NCBI GenBank assembly: GCA_000092065.1 | Contig: CP000585.1 | Reading direction: 5' to 3' (one strand) | Origin: Ostreococcus lucimarinus | Taxonomy: Eukaryota | DNA length: 64,000 nucleotides | In this document: one piece after another, positions 1-10,373 of the stretch | How positions within the stretch are numbered: position 1 is the first letter of the stretch | Layout: every line of letters begins with the position of its first letter | Position numbers and translations under genes: made by a program | Notes under the pieces: generated by a model | Seen by the model: the letters and a program-made list of their open reading frames with translations, nothing else | What the model was told of the DNA's origin: nothing | Database searches by the model: none

Positions 1-2
1 CG

Positions 3-3000
3 AAGGGGTGCTTTTGCGACGGCGTGGCCACCGCGCTCGACGCCACGCAAAGCGCCGGGGCTGTTTCGTTCGCGAGCGCGTGTTCGGTGACAAGAACGAC
101 GGCGAGCGGTGACGCGATCTGCGTGGCGGCGCTGGCGAACCAGGGTGGTTCTTCTTCTTCGTCGTCGGGATCTCCGCCCGCGACGCCGGCGCCGCCGGCG
201 GGTCCCGCCGCGCCCACGGATGTGTACGCCCTTCGCACCGGTGCGAACGAGATCACGCTCGCGTGGTCCGCGAGCACGTCGAGCGATGTCGTGGCGTACG
301 CGATCGATGCGTGCGATTCGGCGAATCTCGCGACGTGCGCTACGCCGACGCGAACCACCGTCGCGGCGTCCGCCGGGACGAGCAAAGTCTTCTCAGGGGT
401 GTCCGCTCCGAACACCATGGTGTACCGCATCAAGTCTGCGACGCTGACGGAAGCGGGTGCGTCTTCGTCACCGACGGCGATTCCCGTGATCGACGCGCGC
501 GATTCGATCCTCGTCTCAAACGACGCGTCGACGAGTTCTTCGTCGTCGAGTTGCGGCTCCTTCGCGACGCCGTGCGATTCCGTTGGATCGGCGCTCGCCG
601 CGACGACATCCTCGCCGTCGACGCCGCGATCGATCTTGGTACTCCCTGGCACACACACATCTTCGTGCGGATCCACGCTCGGGTCTACGGGCGATGTCAC
701 GGTCACCTCAGCGCTCGGGGCGTCTCGCACCGTTTTGGATTGCGGCGAAAACTCTCGAGGTTTCGAAATCTCCGGGTCAGACGCCATCGAAATCTCTGGT
801 CTCACGGTAAAGAAAGGCCTCGCCACCACGGGTGGTGGATTTAAAATTACGAACGCCGATTCGGTGACGATTGACAGTGTCGACGTCGTCGAATGCAAAT
901 CGCAAACCATGGGCGGCGGCTTGCACGCGATCAACTCCACGCCGACGATTCGACATTCTCGATTCATCGGCAACATCGGTGGGAACGATCGAAGCGGCAA
1001 CAACGTCCGTGGAGCCGGCGCGTACTTTCAGACGTCTTCGCACGCTTCGTTGCAAAACGTGAGCTTCATCGGAAACGAACTGATGGATAGTGGCAAGGGC
1101 GCCGGATTGAACGTCGACGAGAACTCAAACGTCACCGCCGTTGGATTAACGCTCAAGGACAACAAGGCTTTCTTCGCCGCCGGCCTCTTTGTCGGTAGTG
1201 GCTGTCATGGTAACTTTTCAAATATTGTCGCCACGGGCAACGAAGCGTCGTACGGGGCTGCTATCGGTGTCTTTGCCGGTGGTAGACCAAAGTTCAACGG
1301 CGGCACCGTGTCAAAGAATACCGCCACTCTCTGGGGCGCGGGCGTCATCGTGTACACCACCGCGTCCGCCGAATTCAACGGATTCAATTTCACAGAAAAT
1401 GAAGCCGAAATCGGCGGTGGTGTCTTCATGTACTCCCAAAGCTCGGCCAAGATGTATAACTCGCGCGTGTCTTCGAACGTCGTTTCCAAGCACGGCGCCG
1501 GGATTCGCGTCGAGGACCGCGCCGACCTCGCGTTGGTGAGCACCGAAGTTTCGCACAACGTCGCGAATCTCGGCGGTGGTGGCGCACACGTCACTACCGG
1601 CTCGCTACTTTCCGTGAGGGGTGGTAAGTTCGAGAACAACACCGCTCCGAACGGTGCCGCATTCATGTGCGAAGGCGGCGCTCACGGCGGAGGCGAAATC
1701 GTCGGCTCTGGCGTCAGCGTCAAATCCAACGTCGCTTCTGGTCTCGGCGGCGCTATGTATCTCGCAGGTGCGTGCGATGTTCAAGTTAAAGACGCATCTG
1801 AGATTGAATCCAACTCCGCTGTGAGTGGCTCGAGCTGCCGTTCGTTGTACGCCGTCGGTGGAGGCGCTTTTGCGCTCGTACCAAACACCGAGAACGCGCC
1901 GACGAAGCTCGCAATCGAAGGTTCAACGATCGTTCGCAGAAACACTGCGCCAACTGGTGGAGCGATTTTCGTCATTCCTGCATCGACTTCTGCCGATGTG
2001 AACTCTCCGCGGGGAGCGCAAATCACCGTGACATCATCGACGTTGTCTAACAACGAAGCCAACGGCTGCGGTTCAACCGTACCCGGTCGCGGTGGGGCAA
2101 TGTTTGTGGCTGCGGGCAACCACACGCTACTGCAAGCCTCACTCAGTGAAAACACGGCGGACAAAGATGGTGGAGCGGTGTTCATCGCGAGCTTCGGCGC
2201 GCTGACGATGGATTCTTGCACCACGAGCGACAACACAGTGTCTCGGTTCGGCGGCGCCGTGGCGCACGCTGGCGCCAAACTCAAAGTCACTGCCGGTGTG
2301 ATCGAATCCAACAACGCGGGCAGCGGTGGTGGCGTGTACATCGGTGCTGATAATACCTTGCCTATGTTTGCTCTGATTGGCACGTCGTTAAAGACGAACT
2401 CGGCGACTCGCGGTGGGGCAATGTATTTCGCCGCAAATCTCGCGCTCGGAATGCTGAGTCAGCTCTCCCTCGATCGCAACGTCGCGACAGCTGGGGCTGA
2501 TTCGTACTGGCTTCGCTCGTCGAGTGCGAACGCGGAGTTTACGTGTACTGGATGCGCTTACGCTCACGCCAGTGGCTCGAGTACCGGTGTCATCGCGACC
2601 GAGGCTCTCGCGCTGACGACCGCCAGAGCGATCGCTTCGCGAATTCAATCTGGAAAAGTCACGGACGATTACTCCGTTCAGCTCGTGGACTTCTACTCGA
2701 ACCCCGTGACGAGTGAGATCGCGCCGACAGAGTGTACGATTGCGCCCGTGACGAGCTCTTCTACGCTCGCGCGGCATGAACTCGAAATCAGTGGCTCGAC
2801 GTCTGCTGCAACGAGCGCCGGCGTTGCGACATTCAGCGGATCCATCTTGCGCGGTGAGCTGAACGAGGAGTACACCGCCAAAGTTACGTGCACGCGTGAC
2901 ACCACTATGTCGCTCACGGACATCACTCCGCTCTCGCTACCTGTTCGTATCGGCCTCTGTTCCCCAGGCTCTGAACCGCTCTTCGTGCAGCACGCCGACG

Positions 3001-4496
3001 GAGTCTCCGTCGCTCGTGAATGCACGGTCTGCAAAGATCGGACGTTCAACTTCGACGGCATTGCGTGCCGCGCGTGTCCTGAAGGTGGCGACTGTCGAGG
3101 TGGCACTTCTCTCGATGCCCTGCCCGGTTGGTGGCGTTCTTCCGATTCCGCCGAAGTTCTATTCTCATGCCCGATTCGCGAATCGTGCGTCGCCGGCAAC
3201 GTCACCGGCGCGAACGCGTGTGACGAAGGATACGAAGGTCCAGTGTGTGCGCTCTGCGCCGAAGGTTACCGGCACTGGGGTGGAAAATGCTCAAAGTGCG
3301 GCTCCAACGCCTCGTTGGCGATGCCCACGCTCGGAATCATGGCGTTTATTGCGTTTTTGGTGTACATCTTCCGCAAGCCTCTCAAGCAAGCCGTCGGCAC
3401 GGTTATCTTCGCCGCTCTGCTCTTCGTCGCGCAAATTGTGGGCTTGCTCAAAGAGTACGACATCTCTTGGCCTAAATCTATCGGTCGATTGGTTGAAGTG
3501 TTGGATATCACGAACTTCAACATGGAGTCCCTCACGCCCGGGTGCTCATCGAGCAAATCCAACTACTACTCGACGTACATCACCGCAGTCGTCGTGCCGC
3601 CCGCCGTCACGTTATTCTGTGTACTCGTGTACGTCCTCATGGGCGTCATTGAACGTCGCGCGCCTTTCTATCGCTTACGCGAAATGGCGTGCGATGTGAG
3701 AACGAAGTGCCGTCGCAATGCCACTTGGCTCGTCGTGCTTTCGTACTCGGGCGTCGCGAAGACGGTGTTGCAACTCTACAATCAGCGCCATCTCGATGTG
3801 GGCACGTACTTGAGACGGGACTACTCCATCGACGCCTCCAACACGGAGCACATGGTTTATCGCATCACCGGCTACGTCGCGCTGATCGTGTATCCGATCG
3901 GTATTCCGCTCGTCATCACGTACATTCTCGTGCGCAATCGCAAACGACTCGACGATCCCTCGGTGCAGGCCAACTTCGGATTCCTCTACAACACCGTTCG
4001 CGAAGAAGTCCCTTTCTGGGAACTCACCGGGCTATTCTTGAAGTTTATGCTCGCCGCGATTCCAGTGTTTGCGAACGAACGCCTGCTGCGCATGAAGGCC
4101 AGTGCGTTCGACACAACGAGCGACTTCAACGGCGCGACGCAACTCTCGCTCGCCCAGCTCTTCATCGGCGTCGTGTTCATCGCCACGATCTGCGTGCGAC
4201 CGTACAGAAAGACACTGCACAACGTGCAATTTTCCCTCGCGATCGGGATCGTATTTGCGTTCGTCACCCTCAGTGCGAACGTTTTCAACGCCGTGAACAC
4301 GTACACGGAGCGTGAAAAAACCGGCGTCGCCGGCGTCGCCGTGGCGCTCGCCGCGGGTGCCCTGTTTGCCTCCGTCGTCAACTCGTTCCGCGCGGGCGAG
4401 TTCAAGCCCGCCTCCAAGGGCGACGCCGGCAACGACAGCGACGACAGCGCCATGAGCGCCGGCGTCGACGTCACCAAGCTCAAGTCAACCGTTTAA
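3..4496 (+). CDS. 5'-partial large receptor-like membrane protein: right-handed parallel beta-helix ectodomain (Pmp/PbH1-like repeats with GGA[MVI][YF] motifs), Cys-rich EGF/TNFR-like module, then 8-9 predicted TM helices
   Basis: The track ORF 24..4496 begins at a GTG, and the reading frame is open back to the window edge, so the gene is 5'-truncated. About 900 aa contain repeated G-x-N/T and GGAxY/F motifs typical of pectin-lyase-fold/polymorphic-membrane-protein repeats. A Cys cluster follows (CRACPEGGDCRGG...CDEGYEGPVCALCAEGY..CSKC). After it come multiple hydrophobic 20-23 aa segments (MPTLGIMAFIAFLVYIF, VIFAALLFVAQIVGLL, ITAVVVPPAVTLFCVLVYVLMGV and others). Confidence 0.7.
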   Translation, partial: KGCFCDGVATALDATQSAGAVSFASACSVTRTTASGDAICVAALANQGGSSSSSSGSPPATPAPPAGPAAPTDVYALRTGANEITLAWSASTSSDVVAYAIDACDSANLATCATPTRTTVAASAGTSKVFSGVSAPNTMVYRIKSATLTEAGASSSPTAIPVIDARDSILVSNDASTSSSSSSCGSFATPCDSVGSALAATTSSPSTPRSILVLPGTHTSSCGSTLGSTGDVTVTSALGASRTVLDCGENSRGFEISGSDAIEISGLTVKKGLATTGGGFKITNADSVTIDSVDVVECKSQTMGGGLHAINSTPTIRHSRFIGNIGGNDRSGNNVRGAGAYFQTSSHASLQNVSFIGNELMDSGKGAGLNVDENSNVTAVGLTLKDNKAFFAAGLFVGSGCHGNFSNIVATGNEASYGAAIGVFAGGRPKFNGGTVSKNTATLWGAGVIVYTTASAEFNGFNFTENEAEIGGGVFMYSQSSAKMYNSRVSSNVVSKHGAGIRVEDRADLALVSTEVSHNVANLGGGGAHVTTGSLLSVRGGKFENNTAPNGAAFMCEGGAHGGGEIVGSGVSVKSNVASGLGGAMYLAGACDVQVKDASEIESNSAVSGSSCRSLYAVGGGAFALVPNTENAPTKLAIEGSTIVRRNTAPTGGAIFVIPASTSADVNSPRGAQITVTSSTLSNNEANGCGSTVPGRGGAMFVAAGNHTLLQASLSENTADKDGGAVFIASFGALTMDSCTTSDNTVSRFGGAVAHAGAKLKVTAGVIESNNAGSGGGVYIGADNTLPMFALIGTSLKTNSATRGGAMYFAANLALGMLSQLSLDRNVATAGADSYWLRSSSANAEFTCTGCAYAHASGSSTGVIATEALALTTARAIASRIQSGKVTDDYSVQLVDFYSNPVTSEIAPTECTIAPVTSSSTLARHELEISGSTSAATSAGVATFSGSILRGELNEEYTAKVTCTRDTTMSLTDITPLSLPVRIGLCSPGSEPLFVQHADGVSVARECTVCKDRTFNFDGIACRACPEGGDCRGGTSLDALPGWWRSSDSAEVLFSCPIRESCVAGNVTGANACDEGYEGPVCALCAEGYRHWGGKCSKCGSNASLAMPTLGIMAFIAFLVYIFRKPLKQAVGTVIFAALLFVAQIVGLLKEYDISWPKSIGRLVEVLDITNFNMESLTPGCSSSKSNYYSTYITAVVVPPAVTLFCVLVYVLMGVIERRAPFYRLREMACDVRTKCRRNATWLVVLSYSGVAKTVLQLYNQRHLDVGTYLRRDYSIDASNTEHMVYRITGYVALIVYPIGIPLVITYILVRNRKRLDDPSVQANFGFLYNTVREEVPFWELTGLFLKFMLAAIPVFANERLLRMKASAFDTTSDFNGATQLSLAQLFIGVVFIATICVRPYRKTLHNVQFSLAIGIVFAFVTLSANVFNAVNTYTEREKTGVAGVAVALAAGALFASVVNSFRAGEFKPASKGDAGNDSDDSAMSAGVDVTKLKSTV

Positions 4497-4771
4497 TCGT
4501 CCGACGAAGCGCTCCTTTATCCTCGGAGCCGTCGTCGCGACGCCGCAGAGACGACGTCCCGCGTCGACGATCGTCGACGCCGCTCGCGCGACGCGCGCGC
4601 CGCGCCGCACCGCGCCCGCGATAAATTTACTTTCATCAATAAGCGCGCCCACGGCCGCATTTTACGCTGTAACACCGACGTCTCCGGTCACGTTTACGCC
4701 TCGCCGCGAAACCGCTCTGGAAAACGCTCCGCCGCGCGCCGGCGCCTCCGCAGATCCTCGCGCGCGCCGCC

Positions 4772-5194
4772 ATGGATCGCCTCATGCGCGACCTGCGCGA
4801 TCTAGACGACGACATACGGCAAAACGCGAGCGCGTCGGCGTCGCCGTCCTCGCCCGCGCGCGCGTCCGCGCGTCGTCGCGGCGCGTCGCCGTCGTCGTCG
4901 AGCGGGGTCAAGTCCAAGTCGGGGACGCCCGAGCCCACGAGCGCGCTCGCGCCGCGCACGCCCGCGCGCGACGCGACGTACGACGGACCGTGGTCGCCGG
5001 TCCCGTGCGCGACGCTGCGCGACGCGCGCTCGGCGCTGGAGACGGCGGCGCGGGAGCTGAGCGCGCTCGAGGCGACCGAGTTGGCGCGCGCGAACGCGAG
5101 CGGAGCGCTGCGAGCGCCGCGAGGGAAGAGCGTCGACGCGAGCGAGCGCGTCGCGGGGCGAACGGCGACGCGCGGCGCGGCGCTGGGACGGTAG
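4772..5194 (+). CDS. hypothetical small protein (weak)
   Basis: ATG-initiated 140-aa ORF in a GC-rich spacer with no recognisable domain. It may be a compositional artefact. Confidence 0.2.
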   Translation: MDRLMRDLRDLDDDIRQNASASASPSSPARASARRRGASPSSSSGVKSKSGTPEPTSALAPRTPARDATYDGPWSPVPCATLRDARSALETAARELSALEATELARANASGALRAPRGKSVDASERVAGRTATRGAALGR

Positions 5195-5329
5195 CGTCGC
5201 GCGCGCGCCATCATTTTTTGTCGCACCGACGACGGCTCGCCGCGGGGCTCGAGGCGTCGACGACTTGTAACGATACGATACCACACACACTCGCGCCTCG
5301 ACGCGCGCGGCTCGGCGGTCGACGTCGAC

Positions 5330-6118
5330 ATGGCGTCCGCGACGATGGCGTCGACCGCGTCGACGCGCGCGCGCGACGCGAGACCGCGGCGACGCGCGTC
5401 GGGACGGCGCGCGACGCGAGCTTCGGGACGCGAGCTGGCGCGAGCGTCCCGAGGCGAAAGCGACCCGGACGACGCGCGCGACGCGCCGGCGGTCGCGTCG
5501 ACGTCGCGTCGCGTCGCGTGCGCGGCGTTGCTGCTGGCGACGCGCGCCGGACGCGCGCGCGCGGCGACGGATGGATCTCGGGCGGCGCTGGAAGAGGTGC
5601 GCGCGGCGCGCGAGGACGTCGCGACGGCCAGAGCGGCGCTCGGCGACGTCGACGCGGACGCCGACGCGAGCGCGGACGCGCCGTCGGTGTCGAAGCCGTT
5701 GCCTTTGAAGGAAATCGCGGCCGCGCTGAACACGAGCGCGGTGAAGAATTTGGAGCGCAACGCCGTGGCGCTGGACGCCGTCGCGAAGGCGAGGCCGCTC
5801 GAGGACTGGGAACGCGAGGCGTGGCGAGGCGTGCGCGAGGATGAATGGTTGACGCAGAGTCAAACGACGACGCTTCCCATGGCAAAACGTCCGAATGACT
5901 TCTTGTGCTTCGTGTTCTCGTGCTACAACGATCCCAGGGCGCCGGCGAGCACGGAAGTTTTATTGACGATGCGCTTGGCCAAGGACGGCGTCGCGATGGG
6001 TCAACGGGGTGACAAGCGCATCACCGATCTCGGTCTCGCTGCGTCTCTGGATGACGTTTTAGAAAAATTAGACGCCTATTTGGCATTTGCGTCGAAATTC
6101 GTCGAAGCGGGCGAGTAG
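5330..6118 (+). CDS. hypothetical thylakoid-lumen protein (transit peptide plus twin-arginine signal)
   Basis: ATG at 5330. The N-terminus is Ala/Arg/Ser/Thr-rich. It is followed by a twin-Arg motif and hydrophobic stretch ending in AxA (TSRRVACAALLLATRAGRARA), as in Tat substrates. The C-terminal 80 aa are non-low-complexity (DFLCFVFSCYNDPRAPASTEVLLTMRLAKDG...). Confidence 0.55.
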   Translation: MASATMASTASTRARDARPRRRASGRRATRASGRELARASRGESDPDDARDAPAVASTSRRVACAALLLATRAGRARAATDGSRAALEEVRAAREDVATARAALGDVDADADASADAPSVSKPLPLKEIAAALNTSAVKNLERNAVALDAVAKARPLEDWEREAWRGVREDEWLTQSQTTTLPMAKRPNDFLCFVFSCYNDPRAPASTEVLLTMRLAKDGVAMGQRGDKRITDLGLAASLDDVLEKLDAYLAFASKFVEAGE

Positions 6119-6133
6119 GATTGATGCGGGTCG

Positions 6134-7681
6134 ATGGCGTCGCGTCGCCGACGCCGTCGCCGACGCCGACGCCGACGGTTAATATCACGAGACGCGCCTC
6201 TGTACGACACATCCACGCGCGCGAGCGCGCGCGATTTCGAACACACAGCGATGTTTGAAGTTCTAAACGTTCCTCTCGCGTTCGCGTTCGCGTGCTTTCG
6301 TCCGAAACGAATGAGCAAACCGACGACGTCCCGCTCGCCGCGCCCCGCACACGCCGCCTCCGACCGGTCCTCCATGTCTCGCTCCATCGTCGTCGTCGGC
6401 GGTGGTAACGCCGCGGGCTATCTCGTCCGCGCGTTGGTGAGCGCCGATCCGACCCTGGGCGCGCGAACGCTCGTCATCGGTGCCGAGGACGTCGCGCCGT
6501 ACGAGCGTCCCGCGCTCACCAAAGGATTCCTGCACAAAGAAAGCCCGCCGCGTCTGCCCGGTTTCCACACCTGCGTCGGCGGCGGCGGCGAGCGACAAAC
6601 GCCAGAGTGGTACGAACAGCACGGGGTGGAACTGAGGCTGAACACGACGGTGACGGCGGCGGATTTCAAGAGCCGTACGGTGACGACGAGCGCGGGCGAG
6701 TCGATCGGCTACGAAACGTTGGTCCTCGCCACGGGATGCGGCGTCATTCGGCTTCCCGAAGCCATCGGGGGGACGTTACCGGGAGTTCACTACGTGCGGA
6801 ACAACGCCGATGGACTCGCGCTCGTGGAAGCGATGGACAAGGCGACGAAGGCGGTTGTCGTCGGCGGCGGGTACGTCGGTTTGGAAGTCGCGGCGTCGTG
6901 CGCCACGCGCGGATTGAAGCCGGAGGTGGTGATGATGGAGCCGCACGTCATGGCGAGGCTTTGGAACGCCGATATCGCGCAGCATTACGAGCGATTGTAC
7001 GAAACTCGGGGTACGACGTTTCACAGGTCGAGTAAGCTCAAGGCAATTTTGGCCGACGCCGACGGCAAGGCGCGCGGGATTGAATTAGAGTCTGGCGCGG
7101 TGATCGACGCCGATTTAGTCGTCGTGGGCGTCGGCGCGACCGCGCCCGTGCCTTTCACCGGACTGGACGCCCCCGAAGGACGCGTGGGTGGGATCAAGGT
7201 GGACTCGCGATTCCGCGCTTCTGGCGCGGACGTCGCGCCCGGTAGCGTGTACGCCATCGGCGACATCGCGGCGTTCCCACTCAAGCTCGCCGACAACGAG
7301 ATCGTCCGCATGGAACACGTCAAGCACGCGCGCGACAGCGCCACCTTGGTCGGTAACATCATCGCCGGCAAATCCGACGACGAGTACGATTACACGCCCT
7401 TCTTTTACAGTCGCGTCTTCGAGCATCCCGGCACCGAGCGCGCCGTCAACTGGGTCTTCCACGGCTTACAGCGCGGTGAAATCATCACCATAGGCAATCT
7501 CGACCCCACGCTCGCCGCGTTCTGGATTGACGACGGCAAGTGCGTCGGCATCATGCTCGAATCCGGCGCCCCCGAGCGCGTCGCCGCGCTCGCCGCCGCT
7601 GTTCGCGCCCGCAAATCCGTCGACGTCTCCGCGCTCCGCGCGTGCGCTTCCGTCGACGACGCCCTCGCGTTGGTCCTTTAA
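6134..7681 (+). CDS. MDAR: monodehydroascorbate reductase (FAD/NAD(P)-binding pyridine nucleotide-disulfide oxidoreductase) with organellar-type N-terminal extension
   Basis: IVVVGGGNAAGY (dinucleotide-binding fold) and YERPALTKGFL match the MDAR signature Y-E-R-P-A-L-S-K-G-Y-L. A second GGGYVGLE NAD fold and a C-terminal dimerisation region follow. The N-terminus contains a 14-residue poly-Arg run encoded by a (CGCCGA)n microsatellite, so the true start may be a downstream ATG. Confidence 0.88.
   Translation: MASRRRRRRRRRRRRLISRDAPLYDTSTRASARDFEHTAMFEVLNVPLAFAFACFRPKRMSKPTTSRSPRPAHAASDRSSMSRSIVVVGGGNAAGYLVRALVSADPTLGARTLVIGAEDVAPYERPALTKGFLHKESPPRLPGFHTCVGGGGERQTPEWYEQHGVELRLNTTVTAADFKSRTVTTSAGESIGYETLVLATGCGVIRLPEAIGGTLPGVHYVRNNADGLALVEAMDKATKAVVVGGGYVGLEVAASCATRGLKPEVVMMEPHVMARLWNADIAQHYERLYETRGTTFHRSSKLKAILADADGKARGIELESGAVIDADLVVVGVGATAPVPFTGLDAPEGRVGGIKVDSRFRASGADVAPGSVYAIGDIAAFPLKLADNEIVRMEHVKHARDSATLVGNIIAGKSDDEYDYTPFFYSRVFEHPGTERAVNWVFHGLQRGEIITIGNLDPTLAAFWIDDGKCVGIMLESGAPERVAALAAAVRARKSVDVSALRACASVDDALALVL
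6140..6178 (+). repeat. (CGCCGA)n / (CGACGC)n hexanucleotide microsatellite encoding poly-Arg
   Basis: cgtcgccgacgccgtcgccgacgccgacgccgacgg, translated RRRRRRRRRRRRRR at the MDAR N-terminus. Confidence 0.9.
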
Positions 7682-7858
7682 TCTTCCCTTCTTTACTCGT
7701 CCCGCTTTCAATTTTATCCCACTTTCATTCGTTTAAATTCGTTCAGACGCCGCGGCGACGTCGTCGGCGTCAGAGCCACGTCACCAGTCGCTTCGCGCGG
7801 ATAACTTTGCCTCAGACACCACCGCGCGCGCGACGACGCGCCGTCGTTCGCGCCGCGC

Positions 7859-9580
7859 GTGGACGTCGAACGACGCGCGGCGACGATGCGCGCCAATGTC
7901 GTGGGGTGCGAGCGTCCAGCGGCGCGCGCGCGCGTCGCGACGGCGCCGCGAACGTCGCCGCGTCCCTCGCCGCGGTCGTTCGTCGCGACGGTTTCGCGAC
8001 GCGTGACGCTCGGTGCGACGACGAAATCGCGCGTTGAGAGCGCGGAAGCGCGCGCATGCGTCGCGCGCGGCGCGTGGTGCGCGCGACGCGCGGCAGGAGC
8101 GATGGAGATGGCGGGAGACGCGAGCGAAGGCGCGGCGAGAGGGGACGCGGGCGCGGCGTGGCTGAGCGAGGACGCGACGCCGCGGAACGACGCGCTGGAT
8201 AAGCTCATCATCAGTCTGTTCGTGCCGGCGATGCTAAACTTTTTGATAATCCCGCTCGTGGGCGCGGTGGATGTGTTTTGGGTCGGGCGATTGGAGGACG
8301 CGGTGGCGCTCGCGGCGCAGGGGGCGGCGAATCAGGTGTTTCAGAGCGCGTTTTGGATCATTTCCTTCATTCCGAGCGTCGTCGCGCCCGTGGTGGCGAA
8401 AGCGGCGGCGGGAGGTGATACGAACGAATTGTCGAAAAAGATTGGGGAGGGGATCTTCTGCGCCGCCGTGGTGGGGGCGATGGGGATGGTGTTGATGTAT
8501 ACGATGCAAGAGCGCGCGTTGGGCATCGTCGGCGTCGCCGCGGGGAGCGTGACGGCGCATCAAGCGGCGCCTTACGTTGGGTATCGCGCGCTGACGTTCA
8601 TTCCAGCGATCGTTTCCACGGTTGGTTTCGCCGCATTTCGTGGGACGCTTGACGTGATGACACCGATGAAGATTACGTTGGCGAGTCAAATGTTAAACGT
8701 CGTCCTCGACCCGCTCTTCATCTTCGGCGTCGGCACGTTCAAGGCGATGGGGGTCGCTGGCGCCGCAATCGCGACGTCGATTTCAGAGATTTTCTCTGCG
8801 GGTTTGTACACTACGTTACTCGTCAAGCGCAAGCTGGTCGATCTTAAGGATATGTTTAGGCCTCCGAGCGCGGCGGCGTTGGGGACGCTTCTCGTCGGCG
8901 GCGCCGGCGTGCAGCTTCGAGCAGTGGCGCAAAATATCACGTTCTTGGCAGTGATGCGCGCCATACTTACGATGGACTCCACCGGTACGGCGGCTGCGGC
9001 GCACACGATCTCGTCGCAGGTGTTTCAGCTCGGTGTTATCGCTATTTTGGCGTTGAGCACCATCGCCACCATTTTGATCCCCCAGCGCATGAACTCGATG
9101 GAAAAAGGTGGACCTCGCGAAGCCAAGCGCGTGGCCGATCGTTTGCTCGTATGGGGCGTTGTTATCGGTGTCATCTTGGCCGTCTTACAAGCGGGCGCGA
9201 TTCCGTTCCTCGGCGTCTTCTCCTCCTTGTCTGAAGTTCAAGAACAGGCCAAGATGCCCTGCATCATCGGCGCGTTGCTGCAGCCGCTCAACGGCATCGT
9301 TTTCGTCGGAGAGGGCTTGATGCAAGGCCATCAAGCTTTCCTTCGTCTTGCCGCGGGCATGTTCGTCTCCACGGGTGCCATGCTCGTCGCATTGAACATA
9401 TACGGCAACTCCCTCGCCGGCGTGTGGTTTTGCTTCACCGTATTCAACACGTTTAGATTGTTCTTCGGCTTGCGTCATCACTTCTTCGACGGCCCGCTCG
9501 CGCCGCGTCACATCGACGCCACGATCGCCAAGCTCGAAGTGGAGACCGCAGCCAAGGCTGCGGCCGCCAAGACGGATTAA
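7859..9580 (+). CDS. MATE (multidrug and toxic compound extrusion) family transporter, plastid-type with N-terminal targeting extension
   Basis: ATG at 7859. There are 12 predicted TM segments. The typical MATE N-lobe and C-lobe duplication is present (FWVGRL...AALAAQGAANQVF; later MPCIIGALLQPLNGIVFVGEGL). About 110 aa of Ala/Arg-rich presequence precede the transporter core. Confidence 0.85.
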   Translation: MDVERRAATMRANVVGCERPAARARVATAPRTSPRPSPRSFVATVSRRVTLGATTKSRVESAEARACVARGAWCARRAAGAMEMAGDASEGAARGDAGAAWLSEDATPRNDALDKLIISLFVPAMLNFLIIPLVGAVDVFWVGRLEDAVALAAQGAANQVFQSAFWIISFIPSVVAPVVAKAAAGGDTNELSKKIGEGIFCAAVVGAMGMVLMYTMQERALGIVGVAAGSVTAHQAAPYVGYRALTFIPAIVSTVGFAAFRGTLDVMTPMKITLASQMLNVVLDPLFIFGVGTFKAMGVAGAAIATSISEIFSAGLYTTLLVKRKLVDLKDMFRPPSAAALGTLLVGGAGVQLRAVAQNITFLAVMRAILTMDSTGTAAAAHTISSQVFQLGVIAILALSTIATILIPQRMNSMEKGGPREAKRVADRLLVWGVVIGVILAVLQAGAIPFLGVFSSLSEVQEQAKMPCIIGALLQPLNGIVFVGEGLMQGHQAFLRLAAGMFVSTGAMLVALNIYGNSLAGVWFCFTVFNTFRLFFGLRHHFFDGPLAPRHIDATIAKLEVETAAKAAAAKTD

Positions 9581-9678
9581 TATCGTCATCGCTAGATTGA
9601 GTAGTTCGCTGTGTAGTTTCTATTTCTAATCCACGTTTTGTCACGCGCCAGAACCTCGCGCGGCACGCGCGCGCCGTC

Positions 9679-10373
9679 ATGGGGCTTCTCAGCATCATAA
9701 AAAAAGTACGCTCGGCGTCGCCCGCGCGCGCGTTTCGTCTCTCGCCTCGCGCGCGCGTCGCTCGCGACGCCGAACCGTCGAGTCGAGTTCGTTGTTCGTT
9801 GACCCGCGCTGACGCTGACTTCGTCCCCGCGCTCGCGAAACGCAGGTCAAGGCCAAGGAGCGCGAGCTCCGCGTCCTCATGGTCGGCCTCGATAACGCCG
9901 GGAAGACGACGATCGTGAAACGAGTGAACGGGGAACCGATCGATGAAATCTCCCCGACGCTCGGGTTCAACATCAAGACGATGACGTTCGGCGCGTACTC
10001 GTTGAACATCTGGGACGTAGGCGGACAGAAAACGCTGCGGTCGTATTGGAAAAACTATTACGAAGCGACGGATGCACTGATTTGGGTCGTGGACAGCGCG
10101 GACGGGCGACGGATGCGAGACTGCGCTCGCGAACTCGCGGGCGTGCTCGGCGAGGAGAAGCTCGCGGGGGCGAGCGTTTTGATTTTCGCGAATAAGCGCG
10201 ATATTCAAGGCGCCATGGACGTGGATGCTATGGTGGATGCGTTAGGGTTGAAGACGCTGGTGAATCGGCACTGGAACATCGTCGCGTGCTCGGCGGTGAC
10301 CGGCGAAGGGTTACTCGAGGGGTTCGACTGGCTCGTGAAAGACTGCGCGGATAGGATTTACATGTTCGATTAG
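9679..10373 (+). CDS. ARL2: ADP-ribosylation factor-like GTPase ARL2, two exons: join(9679..9705, 9846..10373), intron 9706..9845 (140 nt)
   Basis: Exon 1 encodes MGLLSIIKK and exon 2 [22 protein letters not shown]..., matching the ARL2 N-terminus [28 protein letters not shown]. The intron starts GTACGC, has a CTGAC branch point 20 nt before the acceptor, and ends CGCAG. All G1-G5 GTPase motifs are present ([20 protein letters not shown]). Confidence 0.9.

Noticed and set aside
4636-5885. Long overlapping ORFs on both strands (4636..5760, 4802..5863, 4990..5844, 5211..5885), rich in Arg/Ala/Pro
   Set aside because: They are extremely low-complexity (RRRARxR runs) and mutually overlapping in a 70-80% GC tract. 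This is typical of stop-codon-poor GC-rich DNA. There is no domain, and they conflict with the better-supported lumenal-protein gene.
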